A stretch of 32,875 nucleotides of DNA from Candidatus Woesearchaeota archaeon (GTDB lineage: Archaea > Nanobdellota > Nanobdellia > Woesearchaeales > DSVV01): NCBI GenBank assembly GCA_016205905.1, contig JACQSP010000031.1:1-32875 (forward strand), given 5' to 3'. A model generated the notes under the pieces. The model saw only the letters and a list, made by a program, of their open reading frames with translations. It was not told the DNA's origin and searched no databases. A program made the translations under genes and the position numbers. Shown in pieces: positions 17,906 through 27,086 of the stretch (position 1 is the first letter of the stretch; the number at the start of each line of letters is the position of its first letter).

Positions 17906-19042
17906 TCACTTTCTCAACAGATTAACTTGATAATTTGCACTGCCTATTTTCTTCGCAGAACCTATCATAGAAATATTGTTCTTTGAGAATTTGAGGTAAA
18001 TGTCTCCACCATCATTAATTACTCTAATTTCATTGTTGTCATGATTATTGTGATTAGGGTTATTGTTATTATGATTATTGTTATCCTGATTAGTGTGGTC
18101 ATGGTTATTATTATCATTGGTTGGATTACAATAGTGATTACAAGAAGAATTTAACATCCACATCAATGTTGCGCACGATGTTGAGCCTGTGCCGCAGCAT
18201 AATGTTGTCGCCCACAAACCGCGCTCTAAAGTTCTGATTCTGATATTTCTGTCGTCGATAATTTGCATTGCATTCAAATTAATGCCAAATGGAAATATAT
18301 CTCTATTTTGGATAAAAGCTAAAAATCCCGTTAAATCAACATTATTTACATCGTCAACAATCAGCACGCCATGCGGCTCACCAGAGTTTAATAAATATAT
18401 CGAACAATTTTTATAAGCGAAGACTGCACAAAAAGTGGTTAGCAGATTAAATACTGCTTTTTGTAAATTAACATATTTTAAAGGATCTTGTGGAAAACCC
18501 ATATCGACCGTTACAGTGTCGCCTATTACTTCTGTTAAAAATATACCGCTGTTTGTTTCGATGTTTATTTTTTGATTTGGAATGTTTGTTTTTTGTTTAG
18601 AAGCTTTTGTTTTGGGTTTTGAAACAGTTATTTTATTATATAAATTGCCTATTTCAGAACTTAGACAAAATTCATGTTCAAGATATTTTGCAATACACCT
18701 TAATCCATTACCGCACATATCTGACTCTGAACCATCTTTTTCAAATATCCGCATTTTTATATCTGCAACATTTGAAGGTTGGAGAAAAAGTAAACCATCT
18801 ATCCTTTTATTCTGTATTTGGCTTGAGTTGCATACTTCTCTGCTTAACTTACTTCTTGTTTCATCATTGGATATATTATGAATTCTTTCGTCTATTATTG
18901 CAAAAACATTGCCGTTTCCTTCAAAGATTTCAAAAGAAACTTGAGGTACAAGCGTATGATAATTATTATTAAGAAAATTAAGATTATCTGTGTTATTATT
19001 TATATCGACGACATTTCCGACAATCATCCATGCATGTTCCAA
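17906..19042 (-). CDS. dapF: Diaminopimelate epimerase-family (PLP-independent two-Cys) enzyme
   Basis: GNGNVF, DGLL, DGSESDMCGNGLRC, VDMG, GEPH, FPFGINLN and ERG...TLCCGTG. Start uncertain. Carries Lys-rich and Asn/His/Asp-rich insertions. Confidence 0.8.
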   Translation of the reverse strand: MEHAWMIVGNVVDINNNTDNLNFLNNNYHTLVPQVSFEIFEGNGNVFAIIDERIHNISNDETRSKLSREVCNSSQIQNKRIDGLLFLQPSNVADIKMRIFEKDGSESDMCGNGLRCIAKYLEHEFCLSSEIGNLYNKITVSKPKTKASKQKTNIPNQKINIETNSGIFLTEVIGDTVTVDMGFPQDPLKYVNLQKAVFNLLTTFCAVFAYKNCSIYLLNSGEPHGVLIVDDVNNVDLTGFLAFIQNRDIFPFGINLNAMQIIDDRNIRIRTLERGLWATTLCCGTGSTSCATLMWMLNSSCNHYCNPTNDNNNHDHTNQDNNNHNNNNPNHNNHDNNEIRVINDGGDIYLKFSKNNISMIGSAKKIGSANYQVNLLRK

Positions 19043-19079
19043 TTTCTGCCCTTAAGTTAAGATATGTTCTTGTGTTCAT
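18996..19079 (-). CDS. Putative 27-aa upstream peptide with CxxxCxxC, overlapping the dapF 5' end out of frame
   Basis: GGTGA RBS followed by ATG 19079: MNTRTYLNLRAEIGTCMDDCRKCRRYK*. Confidence 0.35.
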   Translation of the reverse strand: MNTRTYLNLRAEIGTCMDDCRKCRRYK

Positions 19080-19189
19080 TATTATCACCAGTTCATTATA
19101 TCACCTAAATTTATACATGAAGATATTATATTAGGATAAACTATTTTAGATTAATGTAAACTATACAACAAAAAGATACTTATTTGTTA

Positions 19190-19308
19190 TTGCAGATTAA
19201 ATGTAAAATATTCTATATTATGCCCTATTTAATCTGCAAGATTGTAAATTTATAGGTACAGACATTAATAATTGTAAAAATCGGTAATCGTGCCTATAAA
19301 TTTACAAT
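19190..19308. repeat. Two abutting long palindromes
   Basis: TTGCAGATTAAAT 19190-19202/19227-19239 (13 bp) and ATTGTAAATTTATAGG 19241-19256/19293-19308 (16 bp). Confidence 0.85.
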
Positions 19309-19443
19309 AAATAAAATGAAAATTAAAATACTGCTTTCAGAAAAGTTACAAAAAGTATAATTATAAACTTTTTTTTAAAAATGTGTATATTAGTTTACGT
19401 CAAGCTTATCTATGAAAACTGCTATCTTCTCATTGTGATAAAT

Positions 19444-20523
19444 ATGACAGCACTTCAAGCACAAGAACAAAGAAAGGAAACAAAAAGACAGGAACCAGAA
19501 GACGGATATTTTGGAAGAGATAGTGATGGCACTTATTGTTATGAATCTGCTCATGAGCGTGGTGGAGAAGTTCCTACACAAGACTTAATAGAGATGAATG
19601 AGATAATTCATATAACACGCAATGTCACCAGAGAATATTCTCATAGAATGGGTTGTATTGTTGATTTATTAAATAATAAAAAGATAGAATTGGAACAAGT
19701 AGATCAAGAAAGCGGTTTGATAGAATTTGTGAGTGGACAATTGCTTTATGATAGGCTTTGTGATGGAGATTCATTAGATAAAATTTTTTCTTGTTTGGAT
19801 ATTACGAAAATACCACATGCAGATGAAATTATGGAAGCCACGATGATAATGGAAGAGAAATGCTATGATGAATTGATTAAACACAAAAATCTTCACGGCT
19901 CATACTTAACAGCGGATTTCCCATTATATGTTTTTGAAAATGGGGAAGCCATACTTTATCTTGCAAAAAGAGAGAATAATCCTATGTTTTATAGTGCGGA
20001 TAATTTAAGAGATGCATTATATCAATTATTGAGAACACATAATTATAAACCAAAAAAAGAAGATGTTGAAAGAGTGATTAATACAGACAGCACATTAAAA
20101 ATTCCACTGTCAAAGCTTAATTTAGAAAATCGTGGTGGGTTATTTAGGTGGAGTGATGATGAAATTGTGTTTTGCTATTTCAAAATAGATGTAGCACACA
20201 TTGAGCAACTTAACCCAACTCAAAGAGCACTTGCAGAAAGGGTTTATGGAAAAGGAGAGAATTTTGACAGAATAACTCATAATCTTAAGGAAATGATTGA
20301 CAAAAAAAATGCAGAACGGAGAATAACAGACCAAATTGGAACAAAACAAATTAGTCTTGCAGTTCTAACACCAGAATATGTAGAACATAGATGGATTAAC
20401 TATGGAAAAAGAGCAATAAGCCGCCCTTCTATTTTGGGCAATTATAGAGATGAATCTTCATTTGATGTTAGAAAATGGACTCTTGATGATCATTATCTAC
20501 TATTACATACAATTATAAAATAA
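19444..20523 (+). CDS. Hypothetical two-domain protein; N-terminal domain shared with 15722-16051
   Basis: Start set at ATG 19444 (GTGAT upstream). Clear paralogy over about 85 aa; C-terminal region not confidently assigned. Confidence 0.75.
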   Translation: MTALQAQEQRKETKRQEPEDGYFGRDSDGTYCYESAHERGGEVPTQDLIEMNEIIHITRNVTREYSHRMGCIVDLLNNKKIELEQVDQESGLIEFVSGQLLYDRLCDGDSLDKIFSCLDITKIPHADEIMEATMIMEEKCYDELIKHKNLHGSYLTADFPLYVFENGEAILYLAKRENNPMFYSADNLRDALYQLLRTHNYKPKKEDVERVINTDSTLKIPLSKLNLENRGGLFRWSDDEIVFCYFKIDVAHIEQLNPTQRALAERVYGKGENFDRITHNLKEMIDKKNAERRITDQIGTKQISLAVLTPEYVEHRWINYGKRAISRPSILGNYRDESSFDVRKWTLDDHYLLLHTIIK

Positions 20524-20606
20524 AAAAAGCCAACAATAAATACTGCAATCTGAAGGCCACAGCATTCGCTTTTTCAAATAAAAAAATCTGCCTTTTTTAA
20601 GTAATA
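20518..20606 (-). repeat. Short dispersed repeat, inverted relative to 16083-16148
   Basis: Reverse complement reads TATTACTTAAAAAAGGC...GAATGCTGTGGCCTTCAGATTGCAG...ATTGTTGGCTTTTTTTATTT. Confidence 0.65.
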
Positions 20607-20694
20607 TTGCCTTTAATCAACTAACAATATATTAACATAATGTTAACTATTTAACATAAAATATATAAACTGTTAACAATTAGATCATGTTAAT

Positions 20695-21354
20695 ATGGTA
20701 ACAATCGCAAGAACAGTTGAAAAAATCGTTGAAAGAAAGCCATTTCTTCAGGAAGCATTAGTCAGAGGAGTAATTAATGTAGCTGCATTAGCAGAGGAGA
20801 TTTTGCCAGAAGTAGAAACAGAAATGAAAGAAAAAGTTAAATTTGGAGCAGTGATGATGGCGATAAGGCGGTTGAGTGAGAAATTAAACAAATCATTCAT
20901 AAAAACTGCAAAGTTTGACATAAGTTCAGATATTAGTGTTAAATCTGATTTATATGAGATTACATTAAGAAAACTTCCAAGTATACAGGCAAAAATTAGC
21001 AAATTATATGATAAAATAAATTCAGAGAATGATTTTCTTACTGTAACCCAAGGCATTAATGAAATAACCTTGATAACAAACAGAAGGAACAAGACAAAAA
21101 TAAGGTTATTATTTGATTCAAAGGAAATTAAGTCAGAAGTAGAGGATATTGCCAGCGTCACAATAAATATTCCTGTAGAAGCAATACAGACTATTGGCCT
21201 GTTTTATATAGCCACAAGAGCATTAAACTGGGAGAATATAAATATAATAGAAATTGTTTCAACATTTACAGAGCTGACATTTATTATAAAAGAAGAAGAT
21301 GCGCCAAGAGCATTTGCAACATTAAAACAGTTAATAAGAGAACAAAGCAAGTGA
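20695..21354 (+). CDS. ACT-domain protein with N-terminal helical (putative DNA-binding) domain
   Basis: KPFLQEALVRGVINVAALA...AVMMAIRR, then ACT-like TQGINEITLI and ENINIIEIVSTFTELTFII. Confidence 0.75.
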   Translation: MVTIARTVEKIVERKPFLQEALVRGVINVAALAEEILPEVETEMKEKVKFGAVMMAIRRLSEKLNKSFIKTAKFDISSDISVKSDLYEITLRKLPSIQAKISKLYDKINSENDFLTVTQGINEITLITNRRNKTKIRLLFDSKEIKSEVEDIASVTINIPVEAIQTIGLFYIATRALNWENINIIEIVSTFTELTFIIKEEDAPRAFATLKQLIREQSK

Positions 21355-21460
21355 TAATCTGTCTTAGAAAACATACTTCTTCTTATACTTCTTCTACAAG
21401 AGATTAAAACAACAAAAAATTATATAAATAGGACTAAACTAACCAAAAGAATAATTAAAA

Positions 21461-23008
21461 ATGGCTGAAAAATCAATAATATCAATCGAAGAAATGTCAA
21501 CCTTTTGCAAAAGAAAAGGATTTGTTTATTCTAATAGTGAGATTTATGGCGGAATGTCTGGTTTTTTTGATTATGGTCCTTTGGGCGTTGAAGTAAAAAA
21601 CAATATTAAACAGGATTGGTGGAAAACATTTGTAAAGAGCAGAGACGATGTTGTTGGTATTGATGGTACAATTATTTCACACCAAAAAGTTTGGCAGGCT
21701 TCTGGCCACGTCAGTTGTTTTGCTGATTTAATGGTTGAATGCACAAAATGCAGGGCAAGGAAGAGAGCAGACCAGCTGATAGAAGATGAGTTAAGTATTG
21801 CAGCAGAAGGGCTTTCTAAAGAAGATATCAATAAACTAATCGAGCAGAATAATCTTAAATGCCCTTTTTGCAAAGGCAGCCTGAGCAAGCCAAAGGAATT
21901 TAATCTAATGTTCAAAACCTTTGTTGGTCCTGTTGAATCTGAAGAAGCTGTTGCATATTTAAGGCCTGAAACAGCACAGCAGATGTTTACAAATTTCAAG
22001 ATTATTGCAGAAACTTCAAGAGTGCAGCTGCCGTTTGGGATTGCACAGATAGGCAGAGCTTTCAGGAATGAAATTTCTCCAAGAGATTTTCTGTTCAGAT
22101 GTCGAGAATTTGAGCAGATGGAATTAGAATATTTTACACATCCCGACGAGAAAAAGTGCAGTTTATTGGCAAAGGATGATCTAAATTATGAATTTCAGAT
22201 TTTAACAGCAGAAACACAGGAAAAGAAAAGCTCACATGAAAAGAATCAAAAAAAGGATCTGCATGAAAAAGTCCATATTCAAAAATTAAAAATAAAAGAT
22301 ATCTTAAAAATGCAGTTAATGGAAGAATGGCATGCTTATTGGCTGAAACAGCAGTACCAATGGTTTGTTGATTTAGGAATAAAAAAAGAAAACTTAAGAT
22401 TAAGGGAGCATAGAAAAGACGAGCTTGCGCATTACAGCTCAGCATGTTTTGATATTGAATACAATTTTCCGTTCGGCTGGAAAGAAATTCATGGCATGGC
22501 AAACAGAGGCAGCTTTGACCTAGAACAGCATCAGAAACATTCGAAAAAAAGTTTTGAACTCTTTGACGAGGCAACAAAGAAAAAAGTATTGCCAAAAATA
22601 ATTGAGCCTTCTCAGGGTGTAGACAGAGCTTTTCTGGCATTCATGTTTGACGCATATCATCATGAACCAGATAATAAAGAAAGAGATTGGATTGTGTTAA
22701 AACTGCATAAAAAACTTGCGCCAACACAAATCGCAGTATTGCCGCTAGTAAACAAACTTGAAGACAAGGCAAAGGAAGTTTACAATATGCTTAAAAATGA
22801 ATTTGTTTGCTTCTATGACAGGTCAGGAGCAATAGGAAGAAGATATGCAAGAGCAGACGAGATAGGAATTCCATTATGCCTAACAATTGATTTTGAAACC
22901 ATTGAAAAAGATAATTGTGTAACAATAAGAGACAGAGATACAACGAAACAAGTAAGAGTAAAGATTACTGATTTAAAAGAAAAGCTGAGAGAAAAGTTCT
23001 GCGGATAA
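21461..23008 (+). CDS. glyS: Glycine--tRNA ligase (alpha2 type)
   Basis: SEIYGG...DYGPLG, WQASGH, YLRPETAQ, FRNEISPR...REFEQME, IEPSQGVDR and anticodon domain IGRRYARADEIG. Confidence 0.97.
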   Translation: MAEKSIISIEEMSTFCKRKGFVYSNSEIYGGMSGFFDYGPLGVEVKNNIKQDWWKTFVKSRDDVVGIDGTIISHQKVWQASGHVSCFADLMVECTKCRARKRADQLIEDELSIAAEGLSKEDINKLIEQNNLKCPFCKGSLSKPKEFNLMFKTFVGPVESEEAVAYLRPETAQQMFTNFKIIAETSRVQLPFGIAQIGRAFRNEISPRDFLFRCREFEQMELEYFTHPDEKKCSLLAKDDLNYEFQILTAETQEKKSSHEKNQKKDLHEKVHIQKLKIKDILKMQLMEEWHAYWLKQQYQWFVDLGIKKENLRLREHRKDELAHYSSACFDIEYNFPFGWKEIHGMANRGSFDLEQHQKHSKKSFELFDEATKKKVLPKIIEPSQGVDRAFLAFMFDAYHHEPDNKERDWIVLKLHKKLAPTQIAVLPLVNKLEDKAKEVYNMLKNEFVCFYDRSGAIGRRYARADEIGIPLCLTIDFETIEKDNCVTIRDRDTTKQVRVKITDLKEKLREKFCG

Positions 23009-23054
23009 ATTGTTTCGATGAATAGAATTATTTTATTTGTTTCATTCATGGCAT

Positions 23055-23248
23055 GTCCAACAGGTTCACGAATAAAAGTAAAAGGTAAGAAGTATAAGGT
23101 AAGAGGTAGGATGATAACATCGTAGTCATTCCCTCTTACCTTATACCTCTAACTTCTTACCTTTTTATTCATGTGACGGTGGACTTCGTCCCACACACGG
23201 ATTGGGAGCGGTAAAAAGATTGAGAGAAACAGAATCTCCGCTAAACAA
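23055..23248 (+). repeat. REP/REPIN-like structured element, copy 2 (AGGTAAG-heptamer hairpin)
   Basis: Degenerate left box GTCCAACAGGTTCACGAA, hairpin 23067-23175, box B TTCATGTGACGGTGGACTTCGTCCCAC (23168-23194) and tail GATTGAGAGAAACAGAATCTCCGCTAAACAA. Confidence 0.85.
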
Positions 23249-23269
23249 GTATGAATTATTAAACCAAAA

Positions 23270-26200
23270 CTATCCAGGACCACTACCTCCGCCGCCTGAA
23301 GATGATGCTGGTTTTTCCATCGGAGCAGTAGATTCGCTCTTACACATATTAGTTTGGTCATTAGTATCTGCACAAGCATCACCTATATAATTCCCTTCAG
23401 CATCGCAGAATTCTCGACAAGTTTTGCCTTCTTCACAAGTTATTATATCATATTCAGGATAAATTTTTTCACCTTCTGGTGTTAAAGCCATACAATATAA
23501 CTCCCCTACTTTAGAATCCCATTTACAATGATCAAATTCGGACTCAGTATCGCCAAATTCAGAAGTGAAAGTTACTTTACCTGGTACGTTTGGATCCTTA
23601 CCATCATCAGTATCTTCACATTTCATTTCAGTAACTGGCTGTTGGCATATATCTTTCCAATCATTGCATTTCATTCCATAATCATTGCAGTCAATTAATT
23701 TTCCTGCAAGTTCATTTCCTTCACAATAAGTTTCGTAAAGCATAGTGTTAACAATATCATAATTTCCTTTATCACAATTATCTCCACTCATATCTTCAAA
23801 CCCAAATTCATTTGTGTAAATATTCTTGCCCTCTATGAATGGATCATCCGGCGCAGATTCAATCGGATCATTAGTGCAACTTTTTAATGACTCATCTTTT
23901 ACTAAACACTTTCCATTATAACAAACCTTGCCTTGCTCTTTGCAATTGATGACGTCATAAGCAAGATTATTTTCATCGCATTTGTAATTAAGGAGAATGT
24001 CTGTTTCTTGAGGAGTATATCCTACATTAGGAATATCTTCTATATCCTCTTCTTCAATACAATTATTTGAGAAATAATCTGTGTAACCAAACTCATTTGT
24101 ATATATCATCACCTGCCATTCCTCGCCTTCATTTTGGATTTCGCAGGATTTAAGGCTTTCATCAGGCATGACACATTTTCCGTTATAACATTTCATATCA
24201 TAATCAGCGCAGTTAATCAACACTTCCTGTTGTGTATTTCCATCACAATAAGATTCTGATAATAGTTCTTCATTTTCACAATAATCATTGTAACCATCTT
24301 CTTCACCAAAACCATTAGTGTATAAAGTTATGCCCTTTACAAAGGGATTTTTATTATCTTCTTCAGGCTGAGTTTCTTGCGATTCTTGCTGCGGTTCTGA
24401 TTGTGTTTGATTTGTGGTTTCACCAGCTGTTTCAGTAGTTTCTATAGCAACAGCAACCTCAACCTTAGGCACTGCAATATCTTCGCATTTAACTAAGCTA
24501 GTATCCTCAACCAAACATTCTCCTTTATAGCATTTCTTTCCTTCTACAGTGCAGTCAGTTATGCTGTAAGCAGGCTCATTTCCATTGCAATAAAATTGTG
24601 CCAGATAATTGCTTTCTTTTTCCCAGTTAAATGCCTCAATACTTGACACTTCATTAGTTTCACTGCATTCAAATTCAGCATCCTGTTCTTCGTCGCCAAA
24701 TTCATTAGTGTAATGAATAACATTCTCACCTTTTTTTTCAAACATATCGCATGACTTCAAACTTTCATCAACAACCACGCATCTACCATCATAGCAAGCC
24801 ATACCTTCTGAAGAGCAGTCGTAAGGCTCTGTCATCTTAAGCTCATCTCCATTGCAATAAAATTCTACTAATAGATTTGAATTTTCATTTTTTGAGTCTT
24901 TAATACAAAAATCATCATTATAATCTTCCAAGTTATATGCATTGACAGAATGAGTAACGCCATATTCATAAAAATTTAATCCATTATCTCCGCCATCTTC
25001 ACACACCATTAAGCTAGGATCAGGATAAGTGCACACACCATTTGCGCACATAGCTGCGCCATTTTCATTTTGATATTGGGTGCAGTCTGTAGTGCTTGCT
25101 TCGGGATAATTATTTTTTCCTGCTGAAAATTGTTGAACCTCATAATTTTTCCAGAGGCAATCATCATTATACTCTTCAGTTTCTCCGTTTAATTTAATAA
25201 ATAATCCAGTGCCATATACAAAAGGGTCATTATCTGGATCAGAATCCTCAAACTCATTTGTTTTGTCTGTTTTAACGCATTTTCCGTCTTTGCAGACTGC
25301 ATTTTCATAGAAACAACTTAACACATCGGATTCAGCTAATTCATCATTTTTGCAATAGTATTCTAATAAATATTCTTCATTTTTACATACATCTTTTAGT
25401 TTCATTTTTTCGCCGTCAATAGATGTGTAATCAACCTCACCATAAGTAAATATGCTTTTCATGCCTTCTTTATCCTGACAATTAAGATAATTGTTTTCAA
25501 TCAGCACGCATTTTCCATCCTTGCATTTAGCATCTAATAACGTGCAATCAATAACTTTTTCTCCCTGCGGATATACATAAAGGCCATTATCTAACTTATA
25601 AATTGGTGAAATACAGTATTGTTCATAAAGATAAACTTGATTATCAAAATCGCCGTACTTGTTGCACTGGTCTTTGTCATTATAAGCCTGGCTGGTATAA
25701 ATCCAGTTAATATCTCCGCTTTTCCAATAATTTTTTCCGTCATCTGTATCAAAACACCATGTGTTACAAATATTTTCTTCAGAGAAATCATTAGGCGTGT
25801 AATAATAATTGTCACCGAAATAAACTGTTTGGGATTTTTCATTGTTGTCCTCACCGCCTGCTCCAACTGCATCTTCTTCAGTACTATCTGAGGTTTCCTC
25901 AATATCATTCCCCGTATCTAGCACTATTGACACTTCATGGCTTTCTCCTAAAGTGCCAAATTTAAGGATGTTTGTTTTTGTAGGGTTTTTGACGAGGACA
26001 CATTCTCCCATATTAATTGGCTGCTCCTCTGCATCATAAGTAAATACAGACTTCTCGCTGTTCGCATATACAGCTATCTTGAAATTATCCTTTACATCTG
26101 CGTTTCCTTGATTGCATATTTCAAACTCAAAAAAGTTAACGCATGCCTCGCTTACAACATTTTCATTTATCTTGCCAATTACTAAATCAGGCAATAATGG

Positions 26201-27049
26201 CTCGTTTTTGCATTCTTTGTCACATCCATCACCATTAAGATTATTCCCATCATCGCATTCTTCTCCAATAAGATTTACTAAACCATCACCGCAGATTTTT
26301 AGAATACAAGCGCCTTTTATGCAAACATAATCTTCATCGCCAAAAATCTCTCTGCAGTCGAGCATTTGCGCAGGCTGCATTTGCGCAGGCAGTCCTGTTT
26401 TGCTGTCGCAATACGCTTCGTAAATATAAGGCATTCCATCTTTTTTGCATGTATCATATTCGACAACACATTCTTCTTTTATTTCATCATATTCTCCTGC
26501 ATACATATCTATCCAGTATCCAAAAGCACCAGAAGCTATTTTTAAGTCATCACCTGTTGGGTCAATACATGATTTCGCAAAAAGGTTTTGTTCAGTTATT
26601 TTAGAATATGCCTCATCTTTTGCTAATGAACAATACATTTCCTTTTCCTTTTGAATTTTTATTTTATTTATCCGATTTATTTTATCCTTAATTCTACTAT
26701 TGGTAGATTCTCTTGTTACCTTTTCTTTTATTCTGGTCGACATTGCGGTTTGTGTTTCTATAGCTTTTTTTCCGCCCTGACTCATTTGGTTAATCATCTT
26801 TATGACCATATCAGCAATGGAAGGAGTATTTTCTTCGTCTCTTTTAGAGTCTTGCTCATACTTCTGAGCATTTGATGCCATCATTATTACTTTTCTCGCC
26901 ATTCCAGCGAGGTTTGAGTTATTAGATATAATGTTGGATATAAGGATAAAGAGGGAGGATAAAACTAGCAAAATTATTAAAATAATTACAATGGTTAATA
27001 CGAGATTATGTCTTCTTTTTATGTAACTCATAACATTCTTTTTTTTCAT
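23270..27049 (-). CDS. Large acidic Cys-rich surface/secreted repeat protein (N-terminal anchor, Myxococcus Cys-rich repeat, CARDB-like domain, multiple Cys modules)
   Basis: Basic N-terminus plus hydrophobic helix; CGDGLVN...EECDDGNNLNGDGCDKEC; PDLVIGKI...EICNQG; repeated C.D.D.G...D.C...L.E.YC...DC...C..G.C. AGGTGA RBS. Confidence 0.85.
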   Translation of the reverse strand: MKKKNVMSYIKRRHNLVLTIVIILIILLVLSSLFILISNIISNNSNLAGMARKVIMMASNAQKYEQDSKRDEENTPSIADMVIKMINQMSQGGKKAIETQTAMSTRIKEKVTRESTNSRIKDKINRINKIKIQKEKEMYCSLAKDEAYSKITEQNLFAKSCIDPTGDDLKIASGAFGYWIDMYAGEYDEIKEECVVEYDTCKKDGMPYIYEAYCDSKTGLPAQMQPAQMLDCREIFGDEDYVCIKGACILKICGDGLVNLIGEECDDGNNLNGDGCDKECKNEPLLPDLVIGKINENVVSEACVNFFEFEICNQGNADVKDNFKIAVYANSEKSVFTYDAEEQPINMGECVLVKNPTKTNILKFGTLGESHEVSIVLDTGNDIEETSDSTEEDAVGAGGEDNNEKSQTVYFGDNYYYTPNDFSEENICNTWCFDTDDGKNYWKSGDINWIYTSQAYNDKDQCNKYGDFDNQVYLYEQYCISPIYKLDNGLYVYPQGEKVIDCTLLDAKCKDGKCVLIENNYLNCQDKEGMKSIFTYGEVDYTSIDGEKMKLKDVCKNEEYLLEYYCKNDELAESDVLSCFYENAVCKDGKCVKTDKTNEFEDSDPDNDPFVYGTGLFIKLNGETEEYNDDCLWKNYEVQQFSAGKNNYPEASTTDCTQYQNENGAAMCANGVCTYPDPSLMVCEDGGDNGLNFYEYGVTHSVNAYNLEDYNDDFCIKDSKNENSNLLVEFYCNGDELKMTEPYDCSSEGMACYDGRCVVVDESLKSCDMFEKKGENVIHYTNEFGDEEQDAEFECSETNEVSSIEAFNWEKESNYLAQFYCNGNEPAYSITDCTVEGKKCYKGECLVEDTSLVKCEDIAVPKVEVAVAIETTETAGETTNQTQSEPQQESQETQPEEDNKNPFVKGITLYTNGFGEEDGYNDYCENEELLSESYCDGNTQQEVLINCADYDMKCYNGKCVMPDESLKSCEIQNEGEEWQVMIYTNEFGYTDYFSNNCIEEEDIEDIPNVGYTPQETDILLNYKCDENNLAYDVINCKEQGKVCYNGKCLVKDESLKSCTNDPIESAPDDPFIEGKNIYTNEFGFEDMSGDNCDKGNYDIVNTMLYETYCEGNELAGKLIDCNDYGMKCNDWKDICQQPVTEMKCEDTDDGKDPNVPGKVTFTSEFGDTESEFDHCKWDSKVGELYCMALTPEGEKIYPEYDIITCEEGKTCREFCDAEGNYIGDACADTNDQTNMCKSESTAPMEKPASSSGGGGSGPG

Positions 27050-27086
27050 TCATTCACCTTAAATTTATAGTCCGCCTCCTAATAAT

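Noticed and set aside
18025..18150. AAY-rich tract as a DGR template repeat for the 19444-20523 C-terminus
   Set aside because: Non-adenine positions do not align with 20405-20520; it is an in-frame low-complexity insertion.
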